Positions 13,820 through 25,443 of a stretch of 64,000 nt of DNA are shown in pieces (the first letter of the stretch is position 1; every line of letters starts with the position of its first letter). The notes under the pieces were generated by a model. It saw nothing but the letters and a program-made list of their open reading frames with translations, did not search any database and was not told where the DNA came from. Position numbers and translations under genes: made by a program. The stretch is from Escherichia coli (GTDB taxonomy: Bacteria; Pseudomonadota; Gammaproteobacteria; Enterobacterales; Enterobacteriaceae), in NCBI RefSeq assembly GCF_003334355.1, contig NZ_QOWP01000017.1; one strand, written 5' to 3'.

Positions 13820-14879
13820 GTTACTGCAACAGTTGTGCGAAGCCAGCGCCGTCAGCGGCGATGAACAGGAAGTTCGCGACATTCTGATAAACACGCTGGA
13901 ACCTTGCGTGAATGAAATCACCTTCGATGGTCTGGGCAGCTTTGTTGCCCGTAAGGGGAATAAAGGTCCAAAAGTTGCCGTTGTCGGACATATGGATGAA
14001 GTCGGCTTTATGGTCACCCACATCGACGAGAGCGGTTTTCTGCGTTTTACCACCATTGGCGGCTGGTGGAATCAGTCGATGCTCAACCACCGGGTAACCA
14101 TACGCACACACAAGGGAGTGAAAATCCCTGGTGTGATTGGTTCCGTCGCGCCTCATGCGTTAACGGAAAAGCAAAAGCAACAACCGCTGTCATTTGATGA
14201 GATGTTCATTGATATTGGCGCGAACAGTCGCGAAGAGGTGGAAAAGCGCGGCGTGGAAATTGGTAATTTTATTAGCCCGGAAGCCAATTTTGCCTGCTGG
14301 GGCGAAGATAAAGTGGTCGGCAAGGCGTTGGATAACCGCATCGGCTGCGCAATGATGGCTGAACTATTGCAGACGGTGAATAATCCCGAAATTACGCTGT
14401 ATGGCGTTGGCAGTGTGGAAGAAGAAGTTGGGCTACGCGGGGCGCAAACCTCGGCGGAACACATTAAACCGGACGTCGTGATCGTGTTGGATACCGCCGT
14501 AGCGGGCGATGTTCCGGGCATTGATAACATTAAATACCCGCTGAAACTGGGCCAGGGGCCGGGGCTGATGCTGTTTGACAAGCGCTACTTCCCCAACCAG
14601 AAACTGGTAGCAGCGTTAAAAAGCTGTGCCGCACATAACGATTTACCGCTGCAATTTTCCACCATGAAAACCGGTGCGACGGATGGCGGGCGCTACAACG
14701 TGATGGGCGGCGGGCGTCCGGTTGTCGCGCTGTGTCTGCCAACTCGTTATCTGCACGCCAACAGCGGTATGATTTCAAAAGCCGATTACGAAGCTCTGCT
14801 CACGCTGATACGGGGTTTTCTGACGACCTTAACTGCGGAGAAAGTCAACGCGTTTAGCCAGTTCCGTCAGGTGGATTAA
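13809..14879 (+). CDS. frvX: M42-family aminopeptidase/cellulase-like protein
   Basis: 356 aa from MNIELLQQLCEASAVSGDE...; overlaps the frvB 3' end. Confidence 0.85.
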   Translation: MNIELLQQLCEASAVSGDEQEVRDILINTLEPCVNEITFDGLGSFVARKGNKGPKVAVVGHMDEVGFMVTHIDESGFLRFTTIGGWWNQSMLNHRVTIRTHKGVKIPGVIGSVAPHALTEKQKQQPLSFDEMFIDIGANSREEVEKRGVEIGNFISPEANFACWGEDKVVGKALDNRIGCAMMAELLQTVNNPEITLYGVGSVEEEVGLRGAQTSAEHIKPDVVIVLDTAVAGDVPGIDNIKYPLKLGQGPGLMLFDKRYFPNQKLVAALKSCAAHNDLPLQFSTMKTGATDGGRYNVMGGGRPVVALCLPTRYLHANSGMISKADYEALLTLIRGFLTTLTAEKVNAFSQFRQVD

Positions 14880-16627
14880 TGCTAAACGAACGCCAGTTAA
14901 AGATTGTCGATCTGCTGGAGCAACAGCCGCGCACGCCTGGCGAGCTGGCGCAACAGACTGGCGTTTCAGGCAGGACCATCCTGCGTGATATTGACTATCT
15001 CAACTTCACCCTTAACGGCAAAGCCCGCATTTTCGCCAGTGGCAGTGCGGGCTATCAGCTGGAAATCTTCGAGCGCCGCAGCTTTTTTCAGTTGCTGCAA
15101 AAGCACGATAACGACGATCGGCTGCTGGCGCTGTTATTACTGAATACTTTCACTCCCCGAGCGCAACTCGCCTCGGCGCTTAATTTGCCAGAAACGTGGG
15201 TAGCAGAGCGTCTGCCCCGGTTAAAACAGCGTTATGAACGCACTTGTTGCCTGGCCAGCCGCCCTGGTTTGGGCCATTTCATTGATGAGACAGAAGAGAA
15301 ACGCGTTATCTTGCTGGCGAACTTGCTGCGCAAAGATCCGTTTTTAATTCCGCTGGCGGGCATAACACGAGACAACCTTCAGCATTTATCCACGGCCTGC
15401 GACAACCAACACCGCTGGCCGCTCATGCAGGGTGATTATCTCTCCAGCCTGATTCTGGCGATTTACGCCCTGCGTAATCAACTGACCGATGAGTGGCCGC
15501 AATATCCCGGTGACGAGATAAAACAAATCGTTGAACATAGCGGTCTGTTTCTTGGTGATAACGCTGTAAGAACCCTGACGGGTTTGATAGAGAAACAGCA
15601 TCAGCAAGCGCAGGTAATTTCAGCCGATAATGTGCAGGGGTTGCTGCAAAGGGTGCCGGGCATCGCGTCATTGAATATTATTGATGCGCAGCTGGTTGAG
15701 AATATTACCGGGCATTTATTACGTTGCCTTGCCGCACCAGTGTGGATTGCTGAGCACCGCCAGAGCAGCATGAATAACCTGAAAGCCGCCTGGCCTGCGG
15801 CCTTTGATATGAGTCTGCACTTTATTACGCTACTGCGTGAACAGCTCGATATTCCCCTTTTCGACAGCGATCTGATCGGTTTGTATTTTGCCTGTGCGCT
15901 GGAGCGGCATCAAAACGAACGCCAGCCGATCATTTTGCTCTCGGACCAGAACGCGATTGCCACTATTAATCAGCTCGCCATTGAGCGCGATGTTTTAAAT
16001 TGTCGGGTAATTATTGCCCGTAGCTTAAGCGAACTTGTTGCCATTCGCGAAGAGATTGAGCCGTTATTGATCATTAACAACAGCCATTATTTACTGGATG
16101 ACGCGGTAAATAATTACATCACCGTAAAAAATATCATTACGGCTGCCGGTATCGAACAAATAAAACATTTTCTGGCGACGGCATTTATTCGCCAACAGCC
16201 GGAGCGTTTTTTCTCTGCCCCCGGAAGTTTTCATTATTCGAATGTACGCGGTGAAAGCTGGCAACATATTACCCGGCAAATTTGTGCGCAATTAGTCGCA
16301 CAACACCATATTACCGCCGATGAAGCACAACGCATCATCGCCCGCGAAGGCGAAGGTGAAAACCTGATTGTTAATCGCCTCGCCATCCCACATTGCTGGA
16401 GCGAACAGGAGCGACGTTTTCGTGGATTTTTTATTACCCTCGCCCAACCAGTTGAGGTGAATAACGAAGTCATTAACCATGTCTTGATCGCCTGCGCCGC
16501 CGCCGATGCGCGTCATGAGCTAAAAATATTTAGCTATCTGGCAAGCATATTGTGTCAGCATCCGGCGGAGATTATTGCCGGGTTAACAGGATATGAGGCA
16601 TTTATGGAGTTACTTCACAAGGGGTGA
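14879..16627 (+). CDS. frvR: frv operon transcriptional regulator (HTH plus PRD/EIIA-like domains)
   Basis: 582-aa ORF whose ATG overlaps the frvX stop. Confidence 0.85.
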   Translation: MLNERQLKIVDLLEQQPRTPGELAQQTGVSGRTILRDIDYLNFTLNGKARIFASGSAGYQLEIFERRSFFQLLQKHDNDDRLLALLLLNTFTPRAQLASALNLPETWVAERLPRLKQRYERTCCLASRPGLGHFIDETEEKRVILLANLLRKDPFLIPLAGITRDNLQHLSTACDNQHRWPLMQGDYLSSLILAIYALRNQLTDEWPQYPGDEIKQIVEHSGLFLGDNAVRTLTGLIEKQHQQAQVISADNVQGLLQRVPGIASLNIIDAQLVENITGHLLRCLAAPVWIAEHRQSSMNNLKAAWPAAFDMSLHFITLLREQLDIPLFDSDLIGLYFACALERHQNERQPIILLSDQNAIATINQLAIERDVLNCRVIIARSLSELVAIREEIEPLLIINNSHYLLDDAVNNYITVKNIITAAGIEQIKHFLATAFIRQQPERFFSAPGSFHYSNVRGESWQHITRQICAQLVAQHHITADEAQRIIAREGEGENLIVNRLAIPHCWSEQERRFRGFFITLAQPVEVNNEVINHVLIACAAADARHELKIFSYLASILCQHPAEIIAGLTGYEAFMELLHKG

Positions 16628-16630
16628 ACT

Positions 16631-16655
16631 GTGTCGGATGCGCCGCATCCGACAC
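16631..16655. terminator. Perfect palindrome between convergent frvR and yiiG, likely bidirectional terminator
   Basis: gtgtcggatgcg c cgcatccgacac, 12-bp perfect stem. Confidence 0.55.
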
Positions 16656-16676
16656 TGCATTTATCATCAAAAACGT

Positions 16677-17732
16677 TTAACGCAGGCTATTATAGTCATC
16701 AACCATTTCGTTGTACTCGCGTAATGCTCTCGGGAAAGAGTCTTCGACCATCCAGCTTGAGTTTGCGTCCTGAAGTTGCTCTTTATCCCAGTCAGAGTAC
16801 GGGACTTTATCTCTGATGCGGCGAACGTATTTTTTAGCCTCGAGTTGATACTGGCCTGCCGAATTAATAAACGAGAAATTCATGCCGCCTTTATCCGCTT
16901 CTTTGACCTGCGCCACTAGCGTTTCCAGTTCAGACACTTTCTTCATTGCCGCTTCTGCATCAAACTTATCTTGCGATATCAGGTTATTAATTTGTTTCGC
17001 TGAAATCATGACTGCCAGAGAGTAGTAGTGGAATGTTTTCCCTTCTCTTTCTTCAATATTTTTCAGTTCCGCAAGCTGACGCTTATCATTAATTTCCTGA
17101 ATCGCCGCATGATAAGATTCGGCTACAGGTTCAAAGGCTTCCAGATTTTTTAAGAATGTCTGGTGCAGCGTTTTCCCTTTCGCAAACGCATCGTCTTTAT
17201 AATTTTCCTGGGTGTAATATTTATCCATTTCGTTAATGGTATTACCCAACGCCACGGCAGCATCGATATAACTCACCGCCACGCCATCAATTGGTTGCAG
17301 CGCAGGCGTTAACGCCACAGCACTTTTTACGCCTTTTTCACACTCAGCGAGGTTGGATTCACTAATGCCGTAGATGCCATAAACAGTACGCTCTTCACCG
17401 GTAGGCCCCTGTTTAAAATCTTTCAGCCAGTCAGCATAACGCGCCAGACTGCGCTGTACCGGGATCTGTAACTTGTTGTAGCACTTGATATAGACATCCA
17501 TTTTTTCGTCGAAAACCGCTTGTTCATCGACCACCGGTTGCGCAGGTGTTTCAGGTTTAGCTTCTGCTTTTGCAACGGGAGCTTCAGTAGGTTTCGCTTC
17601 AGGAGCTGGTGCGGCAGGTTGACTATTGGCAGGCGGGAGCGTTTCTGTTTCGGCTTTTTTATCATCACAACCCGTCAGACCGAGGGACATGATGGCGACT
17701 ATAATAGCGGAAGATAATAAATTCCTTTTCAT
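16677..17732 (-). CDS. yiiG: Lipoprotein YiiG
   Basis: 351-aa ORF; signal peptide with lipobox (LGLTGC) then Pro/Ala/Glu-rich linker. Confidence 0.85.
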   Translation of the reverse strand: MKRNLLSSAIIVAIMSLGLTGCDDKKAETETLPPANSQPAAPAPEAKPTEAPVAKAEAKPETPAQPVVDEQAVFDEKMDVYIKCYNKLQIPVQRSLARYADWLKDFKQGPTGEERTVYGIYGISESNLAECEKGVKSAVALTPALQPIDGVAVSYIDAAVALGNTINEMDKYYTQENYKDDAFAKGKTLHQTFLKNLEAFEPVAESYHAAIQEINDKRQLAELKNIEEREGKTFHYYSLAVMISAKQINNLISQDKFDAEAAMKKVSELETLVAQVKEADKGGMNFSFINSAGQYQLEAKKYVRRIRDKVPYSDWDKEQLQDANSSWMVEDSFPRALREYNEMVDDYNSLR

Positions 17733-17842
17733 TTAATTGCCTTATAAATATATAGATAAGAGAGTGAACATAATAAATGAAAAAAGAAAACGCCACTACA
17801 CGCATTTTGTTTATAAATAAAATAATAAAATTCACGAAATGA

Positions 17843-17879
17843 ATAAGTCCTGCAATTTAATATATTTCGCAGGACTTAT
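17843..17879. terminator. Palindromic hairpin between fdhD and yiiG
   Basis: ataagtcctgc ... gcaggacttat, 11-bp perfect stem in an AT-rich spacer. Confidence 0.45.
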
Positions 17880-17884
17880 TTTAA

Positions 17885-18718
17885 TTAATTGCTCAAACGC
17901 TGCGGATGGGTATAAACCGTTGCCCGACCCGGTTTACAAAAACCTACCAGTGTCAGATTACAGCGCTCAGCCACTTCTACAGCAAGCGTGGTCGCGGCAG
18001 ACACCGCAAACAAAATCTCTACGCCGCACATCGCCGACTTTTGCACCATTTCATAACTGGCACGACTGGAAACCAGTACCGCACCTTGCTGCCAGCTTTC
18101 CCCTTCTTGTGACCGGCGGCCTAACAGTTTGTCCAGCGCCACATGGCGACCCACGTCTTCATGCCCGCCGACCAGTTCGCCAGATGGCAACATCCAGGCA
18201 GCGGCGTGAGTACAACCAGTCAGTTGCCCCACTGGCTGAAAATCGTTGAGATGACGTAATGCATCATCCAGTTTGTTGAGATCAAACGTCTGGGTGAACG
18301 GTAGCGGCTGCACCGGTTTTCCGATGTCATTAAGTTGCTCCACGCCGCATACGCCACAGCCCGTACGTCCCGCCAGCGCCCGGCGGCGCTCCTTCAACCC
18401 CATAAAGCGGCGGCTGGAAAGCTCAATTTGTACTTCAAGACCATTACAGGAAGGAACGACATCCATGCCGAAGATATCGCGCGGACTTTCGATAATCCCC
18501 TCGGAAAGCGAAAAACCGAGCGCAAAGTACTCAAGGTCTTTGGGCGACGCCATCATCACCACATGCGAAATGCCGTTGTAGACCAGCGCAACGGGAACTT
18601 CTTCCGCGACCTCATCTAACCGTGGGTGTTGTAAATCATCACGCCGCCATAACTCAATTTGACGAACACCTGTGATATTTGTCACATTTTCGATTTCTTT
18701 TCGCTGTGTTTTTTTCAC
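17885..18718 (-). CDS. fdhD: Formate dehydrogenase sulfurtransferase/accessory protein FdhD
   Basis: 277-aa ORF, divergent from fdoG, matches FdhD. Confidence 0.9.
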
Positions 18719-18911
18719 TTTCTCTTAACCAGATAAGAACACACACACCAACATTATGGTATTCTGTTACAAACCCTTCCTGGATGGAGGGAAATTGAGC
18801 CAATTCTGGACCTTTGCGGCCCCTTCCGCAAAGAAAAATAACTCCCACTCCCTGCACACGCAGCAAGCGAATGTAAATGGGACGTGACAATGTCGAAACA
18901 AGGAGCAATCC

Positions 18912-21900
18912 ATGCAGGTCAGCAGAAGGCAGTTCTTTAAGATCTGCGCTGGCGGTATGGCAGGCACCACGGCAGCGGCACTGGGTTTTGCACCCAGCGT
19001 AGCACTCGCGGAAACCCGGCAGTATAAACTGCTGCGCACCCGCGAAACCCGTAATACCTGCACCTATTGTTCCGTAGGCTGTGGGCTGTTGATGTACAGC
19101 CTCGGTGACGGAGCAAAAAACGCCAAAGCATCTATCTTCCATATCGAAGGCGATCCGGATCACCCGGTCAACCGCGGTGCACTTTGTCCGAAAGGCGCTG
19201 GCCTGGTGGATTTCATCCACTCCGAAAGCCGTCTGAAGTTTCCGGAATACCGTGCGCCAGGTTCTGATAAATGGCAGCAAATCAGTTGGGAAGAGGCGTT
19301 TGATCGCATCGCCAAACTGATGAAAGAAGACCGCGATGCTAACTACATTGCGCAAAACGCCGAAGGCGTGACTGTTAACCGCTGGCTCTCCACCGGGATG
19401 CTGTGTGCTTCCGCGTCGAGTAACGAAACCGGCTATTTAACGCAAAAATTCTCCCGCGCGCTGGGTATGCTCGCGGTCGACAACCAGGCGCGTGTCTGAC
19501 ACGGACCAACGGTAGCAAGTCTTGCTCCAACATTTGGTCGCGGTGCGATGACCAACCACTGGGTCGACATCAAGAACGCCAACCTCGTCGTGGTGATGGG
19601 CGGTAACGCCGCTGAAGCTCACCCGGTCGGGTTCCGCTGGGCGATGGAAGCCAAAATTCACAACGGCGCGAAGCTGATTGTGATCGATCCTCGCTTTACG
19701 CGTACGGCGGCGGTAGCTGACTACTATGCCCCTATTCGTTCCGGTACTGACATTGCTTTCCTGTCAGGCGTATTGCTGTACCTGCTGAACAATGAAAAAT
19801 TCAACCGCGAATACACCGAAGCCTATACCAACGCCAGCCTGATCGTGCGTGAGGATTACGGCTTTGAAGATGGCCTGTTCACCGGCTACGACGCGGAAAA
19901 ACGCAAGTACGATAAATCCTCCTGGACTTATGAACTGGACGAAAACGGCTTCGCCAAACGCGATACCACGCTGCAACATCCGCGCTGCGTGTGGAACTTG
20001 CTGAAACAGCACGTTTCCCGCTACACGCCAGATGTGGTTGAAAACATCTGTGGTACGCCAAAAGACGCGTTCCTGAAAGTCTGCGAATACATCGCAGAAA
20101 CCAGTGCTCACGATAAAACTGCCTCGTTCCTGTATGCCCTCGGCTGGACGCAACACTCCGTTGGTGCGCAAAACATTCGTACGATGGCGATGATCCAGCT
20201 GCTGCTCGGCAATATGGGGATGGCAGGCGGCGGCGTTAACGCCCTGCGCGGTCACTCCAATATTCAGGGGCTGACGGACCTGGGGCTGCTGTCGCAGAGC
20301 CTGCCAGGTTACATGACGCTGCCAAGCGAGAAGCAGACCGATCTGCAAACCTACCTTACCGCCAACACGCCAAAACCGCTGCTGGAAGGCCAGGTAAACT
20401 ACTGGGGCAACTACCCGAAATTCTTCGTCTCTATGATGAAGGCCTTCTTTGGTGATAAAGCGACGGCGGAAAATAGCTGGGGCTTTGACTGGTTGCCGAA
20501 GTGGGATAAAGGCTACGACGTCCTGCAATACTTCGAGATGATGAAAGAGGGCAAGGTCAATGGCTATATCTGCCAGGGCTTTAACCCTGTTGCCTCATTC
20601 CCGAACAAAAACAAAGTGATCGGTTGTCTGTCGAAACTGAAGTTCCTCGTCACCATCGACCCACTGAACACTGAAACCTCTAACTTCTGGCAGAACCACG
20701 GTGAGCTGAACGAAGTTGACTCGTCGAAGATCCAGACCGAAGTGTTCCGTCTGCCATCGACCTGCTTCGCGGAAGAGAACGGTTCTATCGTTAACTCAGG
20801 TCGCTGGTTACAGTGGCACTGGAAAGGTGCGGACGCCCCGGGGATTGCGCTGACTGACGGCGAGATCCTCTCCGGTATCTTCCTGCGCTTGCGCAAGATG
20901 TATGCCGAACAGGGTGGCGCGAACCCGGACCAGGTGCTGAACATGACATGGAACTACGCCATTCCGCATGAGCCATCTTCAGAAGAAGTGGCGATGGAGA
21001 GCAACGGTAAGGCGCTGGCCGATATTACCGATCCGGCAACCGGTGCGGTTATCGTCAAGAAAGGCCAACAACTTAGTTCGTTCGCCCAATTGCGCGATGA
21101 CGGTACAACCTCCTGTGGCTGCTGGATTTTCGCCGGTAGCTGGACGCCGGAAGGCAACCAGATGGCACGCCGTGATAACGCCGATCCGTCTGGCCTCGGT
21201 AACACGCTGGGCTGGGCATGGGCATGGCCGCTTAACCGCCGCATTCTGTATAACCGCGCCTCCGCAGATCCGCAGGGTAACCCGTGGGATCCGAAGCGTC
21301 AGTTGCTGAAATGGGACGGCACTAAGTGGACCGGCTGGGATATTCCGGACTACAGCGCAGCGCCTCCGGGTAGCGGCGTCGGGCCGTTTATCATGCAGCA
21401 GGAAGGCATGGGGCGTCTGTTTGCCCTCGATAAGATGGCGGAAGGTCCGTTCCCGGAACACTACGAGCCGTTTGAAACGCCGCTGGGAACTAACCCGCTG
21501 CATCCAAACGTTATCTCGAACCCGGCTGCACGTATCTTTAAAGACGACGCCGAAGCATTGGGTAAAGCCGATAAGTTCCCGTATGTCGGAACCACCTATC
21601 GTCTGACCGAGCACTTCCACTACTGGACCAAACACGCGCTGTTGAACGCGATTTTGCAGCCAGAGCAGTTTGTGGAAATCGGGGAGTCGCTGGCGAATAA
21701 ACTTGGCATTGCCCAGGGCGATACCGTGAAAGTCTCCTCCAACCGTGGCTATATCAAAGCCAAAGCGGTGGTGACCAAACGTATTCGCACGCTGAAAGCG
21801 AACGGCAAAGATATCGATACCATCGGTATTCCGATTCACTGGGGCTATGAAGGCGTAGCTAAAAAAGGCTTTATTGCCAATACTTTAACGCCATTCGTTG

Positions 21901-21962
21901 GTGATGCGAACACGCAGACGCCGGAGTTTAAGTCCTTCCTTGTGAATGTGGAAAAGGTGTAA
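18912..21962 (+). CDS. fdoG: Formate dehydrogenase-O major subunit (selenoprotein; in-frame UGA = Sec at 19497..19499)
   Basis: Track ORFs 18912..19499 and 19548..21962 are in the same frame, separated only by TGA; combined 1016 aa; Tat signal (RRQFFK), Fe-S cysteine cluster, molybdopterin-oxidoreductase domain. Confidence 0.95.
19497..19560 (+). other. Selenocysteine recoding site: UGA codon plus downstream SECIS-like hairpin
   Basis: TGA followed by cacggaccaacggtagcaagtcttgctcc...; apical stem agcaag/cttgct resembles the fdhF SECIS layout. Confidence 0.75.
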
Positions 21963-21974
21963 CGGAGACGACAT

Positions 21975-22877
21975 ATGGCTTATCAATCTCAAGATATCAT
22001 TCGTCGTTCCGCGACTAACGGTCTGACCCCCGCGCCTCAGGCGCGGGACTTCCAGGAAGAAGTGGCGAAACTCATCGACGTTACCACCTGTATCGGCTGT
22101 AAAGCCTGTCAGGTGGCGTGTTCAGAGTGGAACGACATTCGCGATACCGTCGGCAATAACATTGGGGTGTACGACAACCCCAATGATTTAAGCGCCAAAT
22201 CGTGGACGGTAATGCGCTTCTCGGAAGTGGAGCAGAACGACAAACTGGAATGGCTGATCCGCAAAGACGGCTGTATGCACTGTTCCGATCCAGGCTGCCT
22301 GAAAGCGTGCCCGGCGGAAGGTGCAATTATTCAGTATGCCAACGGTATCGTCGACTTCCAGTCCGAGCAGTGCATTGGCTGCGGTTATTGCATTGCGGGC
22401 TGTCCGTTCGACATTCCGCGCCTCAACCCGGAAGACAACCGCGTCTACAAATGTACGCTGTGCGTTGACCGCGTGGTGGTTGGGCAAGAACCAGCCTGCG
22501 TGAAGACCTGCCCAACGGGCGCGATTCACTTCGGTACGAAAGAGTCGATGAAAACGCTGGCGAGCGAGCGCGTTGCTGAGCTGAAAACCCGCGGTTACGA
22601 CAATGCGGGTCTGTACGATCCGGCAGGCGTCGGTGGTACACACGTCATGTACGTGCTGCACCATGCTGACAAGCCAAATCTGTATCATGGCTTGCCGGAG
22701 AACCCGGAAATCAGCGAAACCGTGAAATTCTGGAAAGGCATCTGGAAACCGCTCGCGGCTGTTGGCTTTGCGGCTACCTTTGCGGCCAGTATCTTCCACT
22801 ACGTGGGTGTCGGTCCGAACCGTGCGGATGAGGAAGAGAATAATCTGCACGAAGAGAAAGACGAGGAGCGCAAATGA
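21975..22877 (+). CDS. fdoH: Formate dehydrogenase-O iron-sulfur subunit
   Basis: 300-aa ORF with multiple CxxCxxCxxxCP ferredoxin motifs and a C-terminal TM helix. Confidence 0.95.
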
Positions 22878-23509
22878 AACGACGTGACACCATCGTGCGC
22901 TACACCGCGCCGGAACGTATCAACCACTGGATCACCGCCTTCTGCTTCATCCTGGCGGCGGTGAGCGGGCTGGGCTTTTTGTTCCCGTCCTTCAACTGGT
23001 TGATGCAAATCATGGGCACACCGCAGCTGGCGCGAATTCTGCACCCGTTTGTCGGCGTGGTTATGTTTGCCTCGTTCATCATCATGTTTTTCCGTTACTG
23101 GCATCACAACCTAATCAATCGGGATGATATCTTTTGGGCGAAGAATATTCGTAAGATCGTCGTCAACGAGGAAGTAGGTGACACCGGGCGTTATAACTTC
23201 GGTCAGAAATGCGTTTTCTGGGCGGCGATTATTTTCCTGGTTCTGCTGCTGGTGAGCGGCGTGATTATCTGGCGTCCTTATTTTGCGCCTGCTTTCTCAA
23301 TCCCGGTGATCCGATTCGCGTTAATGCTGCATTCATTTGCCGCAGTGGCGTTAATTGTGGTTATCATGGTGCATATCTACGCCGCCCTTTGGGTGAAAGG
23401 CACGATTACCGCCATGGTGGAAGGATGGGTTACCAGCGCCTGGGCGAAGAAACATCACCCGCGCTGGTACCGTGAGGTCCGCAAGACAACGGAAAAGAAA
23501 GCTGAATGA
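22874..23509 (+). CDS. fdoI: Formate dehydrogenase-O cytochrome b556 subunit
   Basis: 211-aa ORF, 4-TM hydrophobic protein; start overlaps the fdoH stop. Confidence 0.95.
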
Positions 23510-24435
23510 GTATTCGCATAATCCCGCAAGATGAGCTGGGTTCAAGCGAGAAACGTACGGCGGATATGATTCCGCCGTTATTGTTCCCTCGGCTCAAGAA
23601 TTTATACAACCGCCGCGCCGAGCGTCTGCGCGAGCTGGCAGAAAATAATCCTCTGGGTGATTACCTGCGCTTTGCTGCGCTTATCGCCCACGCCCAGGAA
23701 GTGGTGCTGTACGACCATCCGCTGGAGATGGATCTGACTGCGCGCATTAAAGAAGCCAGCGCACAAGGCAAGCCCCCGCTGGATATTCACGTTCTGCCGC
23801 GTGATAAGCACTGGCAAAAGCTGCTGATGGCGCTGATTGCTGAGCTGAAACCTGAAATGAGCGGCCCGGCGCTGGCAGTGATTGAGAATCTGGAGAAGGC
23901 ATCGACTCAGGAGCTGGAAGATATGGCCAGCGCGCTGTTTGCCTCTGATTTCTCGTCCGTCAGCAGCGATAAAGCGCCGTTTATCTGGGCTGCACTGTCG
24001 CTCTACTGGGCGCAGATGGCCAATCTGATCCCCGGCAAAGCCCGCGCTGAATACGGCGAGCAACGTCAATATTGCCCGGTTTGTGGTTCTATGCCGGTGT
24101 CCAGCATGGTGCAAATTGGCACCACTCAGGGGCTACGTTACCTGCACTGCAACCTGTGTGAAACTGAATGGCACGTAGTGCGCGTAAAATGCAGCAACTG
24201 CGAGCAGAGCGGCAAACTGCATTACTGGTCGCTGGATGACGAACAGGCCGCGATTAAAGCCGAAAGCTGCGATGACTGCGGCACTTACCTGAAAATTCTC
24301 TATCAGGAAAAAGATCCAAAAATCGAAGCCGTAGCAGATGACCTCGCCTCTCTGGTACTGGACGCACGAATGGAGCAAGAAGGCTATGCCCGCAGTTCCA
24401 TCAACCCGTTCCTGTTTCCGGGTGAAGGAGAGTAA
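23506..24435 (+). CDS. fdhE: Formate dehydrogenase formation protein FdhE
   Basis: 309-aa ORF with CxxC pairs ([27 protein letters not shown]); start overlaps the fdoI stop. Confidence 0.95.
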   Translation: MSIRIIPQDELGSSEKRTADMIPPLLFPRLKNLYNRRAERLRELAENNPLGDYLRFAALIAHAQEVVLYDHPLEMDLTARIKEASAQGKPPLDIHVLPRDKHWQKLLMALIAELKPEMSGPALAVIENLEKASTQELEDMASALFASDFSSVSSDKAPFIWAALSLYWAQMANLIPGKARAEYGEQRQYCPVCGSMPVSSMVQIGTTQGLRYLHCNLCETEWHVVRVKCSNCEQSGKLHYWSLDDEQAAIKAESCDDCGTYLKILYQEKDPKIEAVADDLASLVLDARMEQEGYARSSINPFLFPGEGE

Positions 24436-24616
24436 TCTCTGACGTTTTCCGGGTGGCGCAGGTCGCCCGGATTACAGCTCATAGGGTGTGACGACACCAT
24501 CTCTCGTATTCCGCGTTACCACCTCAAGCTATGCCGCCAGTGCCGGTTTGGCCTCAATTTACCCACCACCACATCAATAAGGTTATGGGCATGAGACTGA
24601 TGACAAGCGTAAGATT

Positions 24617-24715
24617 GCCTGATGCGCTGCGCTTATCAGGCCTACCAATAAACTGCAATACATTGAATTTATACGACTTTGTAGGCCGGATAAGGCGTTC
24701 ACGCCGCATCCGGCA
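24617..24715. repeat. REP/BIME pair downstream of fdhE
   Basis: gcctgatgcgctgcgcttatcaggcctac and inverted gtaggccggataaggcgttcacgccgcatccggca. Confidence 0.8.
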
Positions 24716-24764
24716 TGAACAACGCGCACGTTGTCAGCAATCTGATTGACATCATTTTTTCCCA

Positions 24765-24983
24765 TTACCATTCCTCGCGCAGCTTACGCTGATATTCGAC
24801 ACCATCTTCCTCACACCCTTGCCAGATGCCAGGAACACTGGTTCTTGCTGTTTGCGATTGATTTATCAGGTATTGATCTACCGCTTCCCTTAATAGGTCC
24901 GCACGAGGAAGATTACGCTGCACCTCGAGATCATCAAGTTGCTTAATCACCTCATTCGATAAATCGAGTAAAATTCTGCCCAT
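24765..24983 (-). CDS. yiiF: Small ribbon-helix-helix (CopG/Arc-like) protein
   Basis: 72 aa [39 protein letters not shown]...; RHH signature (beta-strand then LxREAVxxYL). Confidence 0.8.
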
Positions 24984-25224
24984 ATCTATACCTGCCAGAG
25001 AGTTCATAAATATCTCGCCAATATCATTTTTGAATCTATGGAGAGAAAAGTACCCTTGCCGAATCTTTAAAGAAAGCTCATTTACGCATCATTTTTTATT
25101 TTTGCGAGGCGTTTTCCAGATATGATGTAACAGTTGCAGTTATTATAAGTTCAAGTAAAACAGCCTTGTATTAATACCAGAATAAGGGCATCTGTTTTTT
25201 ATATTCAAGAATGAAAAATTTTTG

Positions 25225-25443
25225 TCATTCCTTATGCTCCTTACACTGATCATCAACACCAACTACCTCCCCCTTTTGCCTGCCTCCCTTTGCTTTACGC
25301 ACCGGGAATTGCTGACGTTCCAGATATTGCTCTACCGCTTCGCGTAAAATTGCAGATCGTGAAACCTTACGCCAGCCCCGAAGCTTGTTCAGCCGTTTAA
25401 TTGCCTCTTCTGATAAATGAAGAAAAACCGTATTCATCGCCAT
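25225..25443 (-). CDS. yiiE: Small ribbon-helix-helix (CopG/Arc-like) protein, paralog of yiiF
   Basis: 72 aa MAMNTVFLHLSEEAIKRLNKLRGWRKVSRSAILREAVEQYL...; same fold signature as the neighbour. Confidence 0.8.
   Translation of the reverse strand: MAMNTVFLHLSEEAIKRLNKLRGWRKVSRSAILREAVEQYLERQQFPVRKAKGGRQKGEVVGVDDQCKEHKE

Noticed and set aside
19764-21839. 254-aa and 286-aa ORFs on the minus strand
   Set aside because: Both lie inside fdoG on the opposite strand and are judged spurious.
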